61,628 nucleotides of DNA from an uncultured Eubacteriales bacterium (GCA_900316035.1 ONBI01000003.1:1-61628); one strand, 5' to 3'. Shown: positions 28,301-37,801, numbered from the stretch's first letter. Translations and numbers: made by a program. The notes: generated by a model not told the origin, from the letters alone.

Positions 28301-29406
28301 GAAGAAAGGGACTTTAAGACCGTGCCGTTGATCGAAGTCGAAGGCTTGTTACGACGATCGTTATCGATCAAAGCATCGACAGCTTCCTGAAGCATACGCT
28401 TTTCGTTGAGAAGAATGACGTTAGGAGCATAAGCGCTGATTTCCTTCTTGAGACGGTTGTTCTTGATGATGACCTGACGATATAAGTCGTTGAGGTCCGA
28501 GGTAGCATAACGGCCACCATCGAGCTGCATCATCGGGCGGAGTTCCGGCGGAATGACCGGTAAGACGGTTAAGACCATCCACTCCGGCTTGATACCGGAA
28601 TTCTTGAAGGACTCAAGAACCTCAAGACGTTTGATCGCCTTGATTCTCTTCTGGTTCTTCTCACCGACCGAGTTACGTAAGTCGTTAGAAACATCCTCGA
28701 TTTCCTTATCGAGGTCGATTTCCTTGAGAAGCTTAAGAGCAGCTTCGGCACCGATACCGAACTCGGCACCTAAGTGCTTGGTGATATATTTACCGATTGA
28801 ATAGAAGTCGAACGGCTGATTCTTATGCTTCATCAGGTTCAGATAGTTCTGACCTAAGGCATAATCCGGATCGTCCTGAGCGATCTTGCCTGAACCTAAG
28901 ATTTCGTTTTCGATGACCGCCGGGAAAGCCTCTAAACGAGCTGTCTTCTCATCGAGAACCTCGCGGTACTTGAGAATCTTCGAAGTACCAGGATTGGTGA
29001 CGATGTGAGAGACGAAATAGATGACTTCCTCTAACTGCTTCGGCGGGATACCGAGCGTGAGACCCATCTTCGAGGGCGAACCTTTGACATACCAGATATG
29101 GGCGCAGGGGAAAGCGAGGTTGATATAACCCATACGTTCACGGCGGACCGCCTTGAGGGTGACTTCGACACCGCACTTCTCGCAGATCTTACCGGCGAAA
29201 GAAGACTTCTTATATCTTCCGCAGTGGCATTCATAATCCTTGGCAGGACCGAAGATCTTTTCGCAGAAAAGACCATCCGGTTCCGGCTTCTGGGAACGGT
29301 AGTTGATCGTCTCGAACTTCGTGACTTCGCCATGTCCCCACTCGTGGATCTTCTCCGGAGAGGCAAGGCCGATTTTGATCGCCTTCAGTTTATTGAGATC
29401 GAACAT
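25375..29406 (-). CDS. rpoC: RNA polymerase beta' subunit
   Basis: NADFDGD, GKRVDYSGR, QSIGEPGTQLT, Zn-finger cysteines. Confidence 0.99.
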   Translation of the reverse strand: MFDLNKLKAIKIGLASPEKIHEWGHGEVTKFETINYRSQKPEPDGLFCEKIFGPAKDYECHCGRYKKSSFAGKICEKCGVEVTLKAVRRERMGYINLAFPCAHIWYVKGSPSKMGLTLGIPPKQLEEVIYFVSHIVTNPGTSKILKYREVLDEKTARLEAFPAVIENEILGSGKIAQDDPDYALGQNYLNLMKHKNQPFDFYSIGKYITKHLGAEFGIGAEAALKLLKEIDLDKEIEDVSNDLRNSVGEKNQKRIKAIKRLEVLESFKNSGIKPEWMVLTVLPVIPPELRPMMQLDGGRYATSDLNDLYRQVIIKNNRLKKEISAYAPNVILLNEKRMLQEAVDALIDNDRRNKPSTSINGTVLKSLSSTLKGKQGRFRQNLLGKRVDYSGRSVIAVGPTLNMDECGLPREMAVQLFRPFIAHKLIFSKDSTVTSQRMADELIANKDPRVYDAIEEIAKNHPVLLNRAPTLHRLGIQAFKPILIEGKAIRLHPLVCPGFNADFDGDQMAVHVPLSRQAQAEAMCLMMANRNILKPSDGKPICVPSQDMIYGNYYLTLEDDDSLNDMYASYYDAHNEPDEAEKYRQYKKYEGKVFSDPDTAYLAYQNGLVSPRTRIYIPARSLKKTEFTEEQNSKYLLTTVGKLIFNHIFPEDFPYINFPESTLDEKAAKKEFSDEFSHTSDAFFVTAQEVYEKVLASGKFKEGDDFDAFKEYVKLQPLRSPINKKRIQVMMDKIFHYYDEDSIKTASIMDAFKNQGFDYCTKSGLTVSLDDMRPLSGRKEIYAKGDKQVAEYREMADLGFLTEKERHDAVIACWNDIKNTDMKKKLNERMKENPRNPMFMMMASGARGSADNYMQLIGMKGCMLKSNGEAIETPVKSGYIDGLSVSEYFSSTHGTRKNGSDTALKTADSGYLTRRLVDVSHNVVIREEDCHCDHGLVVSDLLEADGKTVIASLYDRLVGRFPMHDVLDPKTGEVLASADECMDEEAAQRIVDAGIKSVEIRSILTCESTDGVCVKCYGRNLATGKLAEIGDTVGIMAAQSIGEPGTQLTLKNFHTGGVAGQQDITSGLPRVQELLEVRSPKPKDEAVISTIPGKVVEIKEQGLRHVFTVENELEKLDFICYPNQLPNVTVGQEIPAGYPLVKNAHIDPKKLLECTDLTTVRNYIIKEVKSVYKDNAGIDIADKHLEIIVRQMTNKILIINAGNTTLLPGQKVDDVTFTEKNQKVLEHAGNPAVGRPLIMGITKAALETESFLSAASFQQTTAVLTDAAIKGKVDYLRGLKENVMIGKLIPAGTGLKPLLPEEEEGEDEDEEENLDPSSSPVVPPAAPTSAPSTLPAGDNQLLK

Positions 29407-29418
29407 TGCTTACCCTCC

Positions 29419-32400
29419 TTAGTTGTTCTCATCCTCATCGTCATGCGATTCGGATTCCGGATGCTGATTGTCTTCTTCCTCTTCCGGAAGAGGTTCATCG
29501 GCTCCTTCAAGAGGATTGTGGTCGGAATATTCGTTTTCCTTCTTCGTATCGAAGTTGACGATTTCGTGATGCGTACGGCGGGCATCTCTTTCGGCCTGTT
29601 CGGAGATGGTATTGATGTTGATCGGCTGATTCTTGTCGTCGAGTAAATTGACATCGATGGCAAGACCCTGAAGTTCCTTGATGAGAACACGGGTCGATTC
29701 CGGCATATTCGGCTTCGGGATGCTCTTGCCCTTGAGAATCGCTTCGTAAGTCTGGTTACGACCGACCATATCATCGGACTTGATGGTGAGCATTTCCTGT
29801 AAGGTGTAGGCAGCGCCATAAGCTTCCAGAGCCCAGACCTCCATTTCACCGAAACGCTGACCGCCGTTCTGGGCTTTACCGCCTAACGGCTGCTGCGTGA
29901 CAAGCGAATAAGGACCGATAGCACGGGCATGGATCTTATCTTCGACCATGTGGTCGAGTTTAATCATGTACATGACACCGACCGCGATACGGGAATCGAA
30001 CTTCTCACCGGTCTGACCATCGTAGAGAACGGTCTTACCGTCGCTATCGACACCCGCAGCCTTCATGAACTGCGCGATTTCATCCGCAGAAGCACCATCG
30101 AAGACCGGAGTCGAAACCTTGAGGCCTAACTTCTTGCAGGCTAAGCCGAGCTGGACTTCGAAAACCTGACCGATGTTCATACGGGACGGAACACCCATCG
30201 GGGAGAGAAGAATATCGATCGGAGTGCCATCCGGTAAGAACGGCATATCCTCAACCGGCAGAACACGGGAGATAACACCCTTGTTGCCGTGACGGCCGGA
30301 CATCTTATCACCGACCTGGATCTTACGCTTCTGAACGACATAGACCTTGATGGACTCTAAAACATCCGGCGGAAGCTCATCGCCCTTATCACGGGAGAAG
30401 CGCTTGACGTCGAGAACAATACCTTCACCGCCGTGAGGAACACGGAGCGAAGAATCCTTGTCATCGTCGGACTTCGAAGAGAAAATGGACTTGATGAGAT
30501 GATCGTTGGTGGTTTCGGTGACTTCGCCCTTCGGGGTCGTCTTACCGACAAGAATATCGCCTTCACGGACTTCGGTGCCGATCGCGACGATACCATTCTC
30601 GTCGAGATGGGCCTTCTTATAATCCGCAAGGTTAGGAACTGCACGGGTGAATTCTTCTTCCCCGAGCTTGGTCTTACGTCTTTCGACCGAATACTCTTCG
30701 ATGATGAGGTTCGTGAAAAGATCCTCATCGACGCAGCGTTCGGAAACGACGACCGCATCCTCGTAGTTGTAACCGTGCCAAGTAGTAAACGCGATCAGAG
30801 CGTTCTGACCTAAGGCGAGTTCGCCATTATCCATGGACGGACCGTCGGCGATGATCTGCGACTTTTCGACATGGTCACCGACATGGACGACCGGAGTCTG
30901 AGTGATGCAGGTACGCTTATTGGAGCGGACGAAGCTTCTTAACTTATAGGACTTATTGACGCCACTATCTTCTTTGATATCGATGCGGCAGGAATCGACA
31001 TAGGTGACATAACCCGGCTGATCGGCTAAAAGAGCCTCGCCGGAATCGTGAGCGATCTTCCCTTCGAGACCGGTACCGACAATCGGAGCTTCCGGACGGA
31101 GAAGCGGAAGAGCCTGACGCTGCATGTTCGAACCCATAAGGGAACGCTTCCCATCATCGTTCTCAAGGAACGGAATACAGGCGGCAGCGATAGAGACAAT
31201 CTGCTTCGGAGAAGCATCGATATAATCGCATTCCTCGGCTTTGGCGGTGATGTAATCGCCGTTGAGACGGGCATTTACGACATCATCTTCGATGCGGTTG
31301 GTCTTATTGTCGACGCGCACATTCGCCTGGCAGATGATATGGTTCTTCTCTTCATCCGCGGTGAGCCATCTGACATCATCCGGATTGTTATCGATGATCC
31401 GGTTCTTGACCGGACGGTACGGAGTCTGTAAGAAACCGTACTCATTGACCTTCGCGTAGCAGGCGAGGTTCGAGATAAGACCGATGTTCTGACCTTCCGG
31501 AGTCTCGATCGGGCAGATACGGCCGTAGTGAGTCGGGTGGACATCACGGACAGCGGAGGAAGCGCGGTCACGGGTTAAGCCGCCACGGCCTAACGCGGAA
31601 AGACGACGCTTATTGGTAAGTTCGGCAAGCGGGTTCGTCTGATCCATGAACTGAGAGAGAGAATCCGAGTTGAAGAACTGGTTGACCGCCGAAGTCAAGG
31701 CTTTGATGTTGATCAAAGAAGCGATGGTGAGAGTCGAAAGATCCGAGGTCGACATACGATCGTGGATCGTTCTCTTCATCTTCGAAAGACCGGCGCGGAA
31801 CTTATCCTGGATGAGTTCACCGACGCAGCGGACTCTCTTGTTTCCGAGATGATCGGTATCATCGGTGGTACCGATACCATCGGAGAGGTTGAGCATATAG
31901 GAAAGCGAAGCGACAATATCCGGAATCGTGACATAGGTGAGAGAAATCGTTAAGTCGGTACCGATGATATTGACAACCTTGCTCGGATTATGCGGATTCT
32001 CAACACGGACCAGAGTGACATGGTTATGGTCATCCAAAAGGGTGTTGACCGATAAAGTCACAGTGTGGTTGAGGTTACCTTCGAAGAAGGACTTCTTCTG
32101 TAAGTCGTTGACTTCCTCAAGAGTGAGGGTATGGCCTTTCTCAAAGACGACTTCGCCGTCATTGGAGATGAGGTCCTCGGCAAGAGTCTGACCGACAAGA
32201 CGGTCATAGATACCGAGTTTCTCGTTGATCTTGAAACGTCCTGCCTTTCCTAAATCGTAGTGCTCATGATCGAAGAAACGCTGCTTGAGCATGAGGGCTG
32301 CGGATTCATAGGTATAAGGTTCACCCGGACGGAGCTTACGGAAGATGAAACCGACTGCTTCGCGCATACGGCGCGGACCGGAGACACCATCTTTCGCAGG

Positions 32401-33210
32401 GTTCTTGCCTAAAGCTTTATTGAAATAGTCGTTATCGCCAAAGAGGGCTTTGACGCCGGTAGCCGGAGTCGACGGCGTACCGTCTTCCTCTGCCGGAAGA
32501 GCGTCATCGACAAGCTTATCCGAATCGGAAACAAGGCCTAAAGCACGGAGGAAAACAAGTGCCGGAACCTTCTTCTGTTTATCGATACGGACGGAGACGA
32601 AATCACGGTTATCGGTGAGATATTCCAACCAGATACCTCTGGAAGGAATGATGTTCGAACCGTAGACGACGTTGATTTCGTTGCGGGTATCGTTTTCGGA
32701 CTTCTTCAGCGTGACTTCATCGCTTTCCATCGAAACGTAGGCACCCGGAGAACGGATGAGCTGCGAAGCGATGCACTTTTCGGAGCCGTTGATGATGAAG
32801 GTTCCGGAAGGAGTGATCCACGGGAAGTCGCCCATGAAGATCTTGTCTTCATCGACGGTGCCGTCCGGATGACGTAAGCGAAGGGTGACATGAAGCGGAG
32901 CCGAGTATGTCAAGGCTGAGACCTTGCATTCAAAATAACCGTGCTTCTCGTCCGGATTTCCCCATTCGGAGGAGACGTAGTCGAGCTCGGCGACCTGGTC
33001 GGTGTCGGTCTCATGACCACGGGTATCCTTGTTGGAACGGATCGGGAAAATATCGCGGAAGACTTCGTCGACGCCCTGCTTTACGAACCAGTCAAAAGAC
33101 TGGAGCTGGACATCGCAGAGGTTCGGAAGGGGAACGTTAGAGAAAGTCTTGGAGAAATCGATACGGCCTGTCTCAGTTCTTCTGTATTTGGTTAAGTCTA
33201 ATTCTTCCAT
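29419..33210 (-). CDS. rpoB: RNA polymerase beta subunit
   Basis: SQFMDQ, ETPEGQNIG, GDKMSGRHGNKG, GQRFGEME. Confidence 0.99.
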   Translation of the reverse strand: MEELDLTKYRRTETGRIDFSKTFSNVPLPNLCDVQLQSFDWFVKQGVDEVFRDIFPIRSNKDTRGHETDTDQVAELDYVSSEWGNPDEKHGYFECKVSALTYSAPLHVTLRLRHPDGTVDEDKIFMGDFPWITPSGTFIINGSEKCIASQLIRSPGAYVSMESDEVTLKKSENDTRNEINVVYGSNIIPSRGIWLEYLTDNRDFVSVRIDKQKKVPALVFLRALGLVSDSDKLVDDALPAEEDGTPSTPATGVKALFGDNDYFNKALGKNPAKDGVSGPRRMREAVGFIFRKLRPGEPYTYESAALMLKQRFFDHEHYDLGKAGRFKINEKLGIYDRLVGQTLAEDLISNDGEVVFEKGHTLTLEEVNDLQKKSFFEGNLNHTVTLSVNTLLDDHNHVTLVRVENPHNPSKVVNIIGTDLTISLTYVTIPDIVASLSYMLNLSDGIGTTDDTDHLGNKRVRCVGELIQDKFRAGLSKMKRTIHDRMSTSDLSTLTIASLINIKALTSAVNQFFNSDSLSQFMDQTNPLAELTNKRRLSALGRGGLTRDRASSAVRDVHPTHYGRICPIETPEGQNIGLISNLACYAKVNEYGFLQTPYRPVKNRIIDNNPDDVRWLTADEEKNHIICQANVRVDNKTNRIEDDVVNARLNGDYITAKAEECDYIDASPKQIVSIAAACIPFLENDDGKRSLMGSNMQRQALPLLRPEAPIVGTGLEGKIAHDSGEALLADQPGYVTYVDSCRIDIKEDSGVNKSYKLRSFVRSNKRTCITQTPVVHVGDHVEKSQIIADGPSMDNGELALGQNALIAFTTWHGYNYEDAVVVSERCVDEDLFTNLIIEEYSVERRKTKLGEEEFTRAVPNLADYKKAHLDENGIVAIGTEVREGDILVGKTTPKGEVTETTNDHLIKSIFSSKSDDDKDSSLRVPHGGEGIVLDVKRFSRDKGDELPPDVLESIKVYVVQKRKIQVGDKMSGRHGNKGVISRVLPVEDMPFLPDGTPIDILLSPMGVPSRMNIGQVFEVQLGLACKKLGLKVSTPVFDGASADEIAQFMKAAGVDSDGKTVLYDGQTGEKFDSRIAVGVMYMIKLDHMVEDKIHARAIGPYSLVTQQPLGGKAQNGGQRFGEMEVWALEAYGAAYTLQEMLTIKSDDMVGRNQTYEAILKGKSIPKPNMPESTRVLIKELQGLAIDVNLLDDKNQPININTISEQAERDARRTHHEIVNFDTKKENEYSDHNPLEGADEPLPEEEEDNQHPESESHDDEDENN

Positions 33211-33380
33211 AGTTTTACCTCGTGTCTTTCTTCCCAGAAAAGGAACGGAAGTTGTCCTAAGATTTCGAATAAAGGCCGATAATTGGATTGTTTTTATCGG
33301 CTTTCCTTATAGACAACTAAGCCCACCCCGCCAAACGAGGGCAGGGTGGGACCAAAGGATACGACAGGGAAAAATACGGA

Positions 33381-33752
33381 TTACTTGATTTCGACTTCGG
33401 CGCCGGCAGCGACAAGCTGCTTCTTGATCTCTTCGGCTTCGGCCGGAGCGATCTTCTCTTTGATGGCAACCGGAGCGCCATCAACGAGCTTCTTGGCATC
33501 CATAAGGCCCTTGCCAGTGATAGCCTGGACAGCCTTGATGACCGGAACCTTGGCAGTGCCGAAGGACTTGAGGATAACAGAAACCTCAGCCGGGCCTTCC
33601 TGAGCAGCGGCAGCACCAGCGGCCGGAGCAGCGACACCGGCAGCAGCCTTGACACCAAATTCGGCTTCAATCGCCTTGACGAGATCCATGATCTCGACCA
33701 TGTTCATTTCCTTTAAGCCGGCGATGACATCTTCTTTAACTAACTTAGCCAT
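33381..33752 (-). CDS. rplL: 50S ribosomal protein L7/L12
   Basis: EFGV.AAA hinge, [15 protein letters not shown]. Confidence 0.98.
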   Translation of the reverse strand: MAKLVKEDVIAGLKEMNMVEIMDLVKAIEAEFGVKAAAGVAAPAAGAAAAQEGPAEVSVILKSFGTAKVPVIKAVQAITGKGLMDAKKLVDGAPVAIKEKIAPAEAEEIKKQLVAAGAEVEIK

Positions 33753-33810
33753 TGTTCATTTCCTCCTGATAATGGTGTTACGACAATTTGCCTAATTCTT
33801 CGGAATAGGC

Positions 33811-34329
33811 TTAGGCGGCCTCGACCTGCTTGGCGCCTTCCGGATCGTTCTTCTCGCCGACGGCCTTGATGGTCAGAGCGAACTGAACGAGCGGGGCTTC
33901 CAGGACAGAGAGAAGACGCGACAGAGCGCCTTCCTTGCCTCCGATGCTGGCGAGCTCTTTGAGAGTAGCGGCATCGCAGAACGTTCCATCGATCATGCCA
34001 CCCTTGATGGTGAACTCCTTATGCTTCTTGGCGAAATCGTTAAGCGCCTGAAGTCCTTCGCCTTCTTCCTTCGAAGTGACAATAGCGCTCGGACCCTTGA
34101 GCAAAGAATCGAGCTGAGAAAGACCATCTTCATCGACAGCCTTCTTCAGTAACGAATTCTTCTGCATTGAGAGATGCGCACCGTCCTTCTTGAGGGCGAG
34201 ACGGAGTTCATTGACGTCCGCGACAGCCAGAGCGGAATAGGAGACGACGATGGTGGAATGGGAAGTTTTGAGAACATCGTTAAGTTTAGCGACGGTCTCT
34301 TTCTTCTCCGCTAAGATCTGCTGGTTCAT
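33811..34329 (-). CDS. rplJ: 50S ribosomal protein L10
   Basis: Position between rplA and rplL; ELR..L..KN.LL..A..L.GP. Confidence 0.96.
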   Translation of the reverse strand: MNQQILAEKKETVAKLNDVLKTSHSTIVVSYSALAVADVNELRLALKKDGAHLSMQKNSLLKKAVDEDGLSQLDSLLKGPSAIVTSKEEGEGLQALNDFAKKHKEFTIKGGMIDGTFCDAATLKELASIGGKEGALSRLLSVLEAPLVQFALTIKAVGEKNDPEGAKQVEAA

Positions 34330-34359
34330 CTTTTCACCTCCTTCGTGAATGAATATGGG

Positions 34360-34455
34360 AACAATATACTTTCAGAGCTATGTAGTTACTCAATCCTCGG
34401 TAACCATTGAATTAAGCCTTTTTCACTAGGCAGTTACGGTCTTAGGTATATTGGG
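34360..34455 (-). promoter_or_regulatory. L10 leader (autoregulatory RNA)
   Basis: Minus strand AAGACCGTAAC..TTAA..GTTACCGAGG resembles the L10-leader core upstream of rplJ; boundaries approximate. Confidence 0.75.
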
Positions 34456-34531
34456 TACCCCGAATTTGGATTGTCCTCTTCCCCGTGATTGGGGCGGAGA
34501 GGAGAAAACAGAAACGGATAGAATAGGATTA

Positions 34532-35206
34532 TTAGATAGCTAACTTGATAGCCGGGCCATAAGTGGAAGAGATAACCGCAGTGCGGATATAAGTTCCCTT
34601 GATGGTAGCAGGACGGACACGGTTGACCGTGTCGACGATGGCCTTGAGGTTATCCGCTAAGGCAGAAGCCTCGAAGGAAGCCTTACCGAACTGAATGGCA
34701 AGGTTACCATCTTTATCGTTGCGGTAAGAAACCTTACCGTTCTTGATCTGCTTGATCGCCTCGCCGATGTTCGGCGTGACGGTGCCGGTCTTCGGGTTCG
34801 GCATTAAGCCCTTAGGGCCTAAGACACGACCCATACGGCCTAAAAGACCCATCATGTTCGGAGTCGCGACGATGACATCGAAGTCGAACCAGTTCTCCTT
34901 CTGAATCTTATCAAGGAGATCCTGCTGACCGACGAAATCGGCGCCGGCTTCCTTAGCTTCCGAAACCTTATCGGTGATAGCTAAGACACGGACAGTCTTA
35001 CCATTGCCGTGCGGTAAGACAATGGTGCCACGGAGCTGCTGATCGGCCTGTTTCGGGTCGATATTGAGCTTGAACGAGACATCGATGGATTCATCCCACT
35101 TCGCAGTGGCAGTCTTCTTGACGAGAGCGCAGGCCTCGTCGATGGAATACTTCTTTCCCTTTTCGATGAGGGCTAAAGAAGCAGCATATTTCTTAGATTG
35201 TTTCAT
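34532..35206 (-). CDS. rplA: 50S ribosomal protein L1
   Basis: LPHGNGK, GRVLGPKGLMPNPKTGTVT. Confidence 0.99.
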   Translation of the reverse strand: MKQSKKYAASLALIEKGKKYSIDEACALVKKTATAKWDESIDVSFKLNIDPKQADQQLRGTIVLPHGNGKTVRVLAITDKVSEAKEAGADFVGQQDLLDKIQKENWFDFDVIVATPNMMGLLGRMGRVLGPKGLMPNPKTGTVTPNIGEAIKQIKNGKVSYRNDKDGNLAIQFGKASFEASALADNLKAIVDTVNRVRPATIKGTYIRTAVISSTYGPAIKLAI

Positions 35207-35224
35207 GGTGATTATGTTCCTCCT

Positions 35225-35662
35225 TTAGTCGTCGATGACGATACCCATGGACTTAGCAGAACCTTCGACGCAGCGTTCGGCCGCCTCTAAGGAATCCACA
35301 TTGAGATCGGGCATCTTGTATTCGGCGATCTTCTTGACATCGGCTCTCTTGACGTGGCCGACAACATCCTTCGGAGATCCGCCGTGATCCGGACCCTTGC
35401 GGCCCTTTTCCACACCGGCAGCCTTCAGAAGAAGATAAGTAGTCGGAGTTGTCTTGAAGCTCATGTCGAACGTACGGTCTTCATAGATGGTGAGGATGCA
35501 GGGAACCACTTCGCCTCTACGGTTTGCCGTCGCAGCATTGAACTGCTGGCAGAACTTTCCGCCGATGCCGTAAGGACCAAGCTTCTGACCTAATTTTGCA
35601 GGGTTAGCTCCCCCGCCTTCGGAACGGATAATCATCACTCGCGTGACTTTCTTTGCAGCCAT
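35225..35662 (-). CDS. rplK: 50S ribosomal protein L11 (divergent)
   Basis: FCQQFNAAT, IYEDRTF, IAEYKMPDLN, GSAKSMGI; start at MAAKK after a GGAGG RBS. Confidence 0.96.
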   Translation of the reverse strand: MAAKKVTRVMIIRSEGGGANPAKLGQKLGPYGIGGKFCQQFNAATANRRGEVVPCILTIYEDRTFDMSFKTTPTTYLLLKAAGVEKGRKGPDHGGSPKDVVGHVKRADVKKIAEYKMPDLNVDSLEAAERCVEGSAKSMGIVIDD

Positions 35663-35685
35663 TTTGTTACCTCCTATAGCTTGCA

Positions 35686-35721
35686 ATTGTGGTAAGCAGC
35701 CAATCACTGGCTTCCCACACA
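35686..35721 (-). promoter_or_regulatory. L1-binding leader hairpin upstream of rplK
   Basis: TGTGGGAAG-CCAGTGATTGG-..TACCACA: GTGG/CCAC stem with a purine-rich internal loop. Confidence 0.65.
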
Positions 35722-35774
35722 TAGCCCGGGCACAATGCTCTCAAAAAATGGGCATAGTATGCCTAAGCTAAAAT

Positions 35775-35803
35775 ATCATACTAGCCGGAAATGGGGATTG
35801 CAA
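35775..35803 (-). promoter_or_regulatory. sigmaA promoter of the rplK operon
   Basis: TTGCAA-N17-TATGAT. Confidence 0.65.
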
Positions 35804-35919
35804 GAAAATTCTTCACCACTTTCTGTCCCTATATCCTATTTATTAATTGTAGCTTCTCTTTTCAGTGCTTGTATCCGTCAAGCAAGTGTGCTATTTTATT
35901 CCTCGCCTATATCAGGCTT

Positions 35920-35963
35920 ACGGATGCACCGCTGGAAGTGTCACTTGACCATGTGCAACCGGA
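35920..35963 (+). promoter_or_regulatory. L19 leader-like hairpin
   Basis: GGATGCAC-CGCT..GTGCAACC upstream of rplS, preceded by TTGTAT-N17-TATTTT. Confidence 0.6.
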
Positions 35964-35992
35964 CAATCCAATTATTTCCAAGGAGAAAAGCA

Positions 35993-36481
35993 ATGAACAA
36001 ACAGTTAGTTCAGCAGGTAACTGCCAGCCAGATCAGACACGATCTTCCTGAATTCGAAGTCGGTGATACCATCCGCGTCATGGTCACCATCCGTGAAAAC
36101 AACAAGGAAAGACAGCAGGCGTTCGAAGGCGTCGTCATCTCCATCCGTGGAGCCGGTGCCTCGAAGACCTTCATTGTCCGTAAGGATTCTGCCGGTGTCG
36201 GTGTTGAGAGAAACTTCTTAATCAACTCGCCGATCATCGCCTCCATCTCCGTCTTACGTCACTCTAAGGTCAGAAGACATAAGCTCTACTATCTCAGAGC
36301 CCGTTCTGGTAAGTCGGCTCGTCTGGAAGAGGTCATCCGTAAGGATAAGATTGCTGCCAACTTAGCCGCCACCAAGACCAACGCCGATAAGAAGAAGGCT
36401 GCTAACCGCGCCAAGACCGAAGCTGCTAAGGAAGCTAAGGCCGAGAAAGCTGTGGAAGCTGCTAAAGAAGAAGCAAAGTAA
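35993..36481 (+). CDS. rplS: 50S ribosomal protein L19 with Ala/Lys-rich tail
   Basis: [34 protein letters not shown]; AGGAG RBS before the ATG at 35993. Confidence 0.98.
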   Translation: MNKQLVQQVTASQIRHDLPEFEVGDTIRVMVTIRENNKERQQAFEGVVISIRGAGASKTFIVRKDSAGVGVERNFLINSPIIASISVLRHSKVRRHKLYYLRARSGKSARLEEVIRKDKIAANLAATKTNADKKKAANRAKTEAAKEAKAEKAVEAAKEEAK

Positions 36482-36543
36482 ATTCTTCCTTCTTCCGTTA
36501 TCCGTTCTACCAAGTTCTCTTATTTCATTAATCCAGTGACATG

Positions 36544-36572
36544 AGGCGATCCTATAAGGGATCGCCTTTTTT
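36544..36572 (+). terminator. rplS terminator
   Basis: AGGCGATCC..GGATCGCCT plus T-run. Confidence 0.85.
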
Positions 36573-36802
36573 CATATCTAGTGTCTGGGAAGATAAGAAG
36601 GGAAAAGAAAAGTCATTGTCCTAGCAGAGGATACTAAGAAGCCTATGTCAAGAGAAAAGAAATAAACTGAATGGTAATATTATGGATTGCGTATAAACAG
36701 GTTTTTAATGGAATATTATTGGAATCGAAGCGGAATCATTCTACAAGCAAATGCGGTTTTCAGAAGAGGACGGTGCCGGAAAATCTTCTTTTCCGTCAGC
36801 TA

Positions 36803-37591
36803 TTAAAACATCTGTTCTAAGGAAGAATAAGGGTCTTCTTTTTCTAAGATCACTCTCTTCTTATCGCGGAAGCAGAAGGAAGTCTTCACAGCCACATTCT
36901 CCTTGATGACCCGGCTCATGCCTCCATCCTTCGGGGCTTTCAATGCGAAACCCTGAGGTTCCGCTAAATGAATCTCGAGAGAATATTTTCCTTTCCGAAG
37001 GACAACCCGTTCCTTGGTTCTCTCAACGACTTTCCCGAAATTATAAGTGCAGAGCCGGTATTCCTTTCCCTGGTAATGGATAAAACCTAATAACCCCGTG
37101 AAATGAATCAGACCAAATGGAATCGTCGCAATCGCAACGGTTAGGCCGTAGTCAGGACCGATCGAGTTATACCAGAAATATTTCGAGGGAAACGATCTTC
37201 CTTTATCTCCTTCGATATAACCGTAACCATCTTGGAAATCCACTTTTCTTCCTTGAATGAGGATACTTCCGGAAAGAGAGTGATACATCGAGTAGACATC
37301 GTGGGAACATTCCATCGAAAAAATCTGGAAAGGTCCCATGGCAGGATGCTTCAGGGGATGAAGGAAACCGAGATCGATCTCTCCGGAAACCGAGAGATCT
37401 TTCTCATTCACGGAGAAGAGAACACGGTTTTCCAGGATTCGGATAGCTTTCACGTCCGAAAGAGAATAGCTTCTCTCTTTCGTGATCAGCTGCATAGCCG
37501 GACCCTCATCGGAATAGGAGTCGATGATAGCTAAGGCGAAGCCATCCCGGGAAAGGAACTTATAATATTTTCCGAAGAAATAATGTTTCAT
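36803..37591 (-). CDS. Tocopherol-cyclase-like family protein
   Basis: MGPF..MECSH.V.SM.H, GYIEGDKGRSFP..Y.W, A.IP.G..FTG, L.AP..G.M.R.I.E. Confidence 0.75.
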   Translation of the reverse strand: MKHYFFGKYYKFLSRDGFALAIIDSYSDEGPAMQLITKERSYSLSDVKAIRILENRVLFSVNEKDLSVSGEIDLGFLHPLKHPAMGPFQIFSMECSHDVYSMYHSLSGSILIQGRKVDFQDGYGYIEGDKGRSFPSKYFWYNSIGPDYGLTVAIATIPFGLIHFTGLLGFIHYQGKEYRLCTYNFGKVVERTKERVVLRKGKYSLEIHLAEPQGFALKAPKDGGMSRVIKENVAVKTSFCFRDKKRVILEKEDPYSSLEQMF

Positions 37592-37801
37592 AAAAAAACG
37601 ATTTGCTTCTGCTTGCGTCTTCTATTCTAACGCAATCCTTTTTTCCTAAGAGAGGAATTTGTCTCTTTTCTTTATGAAAGTAATCATAACAATAATTTAC
37701 ATGGACGAGAAGAATATCATGATTTTAATTAATGATTTATGTTATGAAATAAAAATTGGCTTTTTTTCATAATTATTTTCATTTTTTCTTATTCACAGTC
37801 C

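Noticed and set aside
25375-33388. Long antisense ORFs over rpoB/rpoC and other core genes
   Set aside because: Expected by-product of codon bias in highly expressed genes; no motifs
35735-35992. 86-aa N-terminal extension of L19 in the ORF track
   Set aside because: Covers promoter and leader DNA; the RBS supports the ATG at 35993
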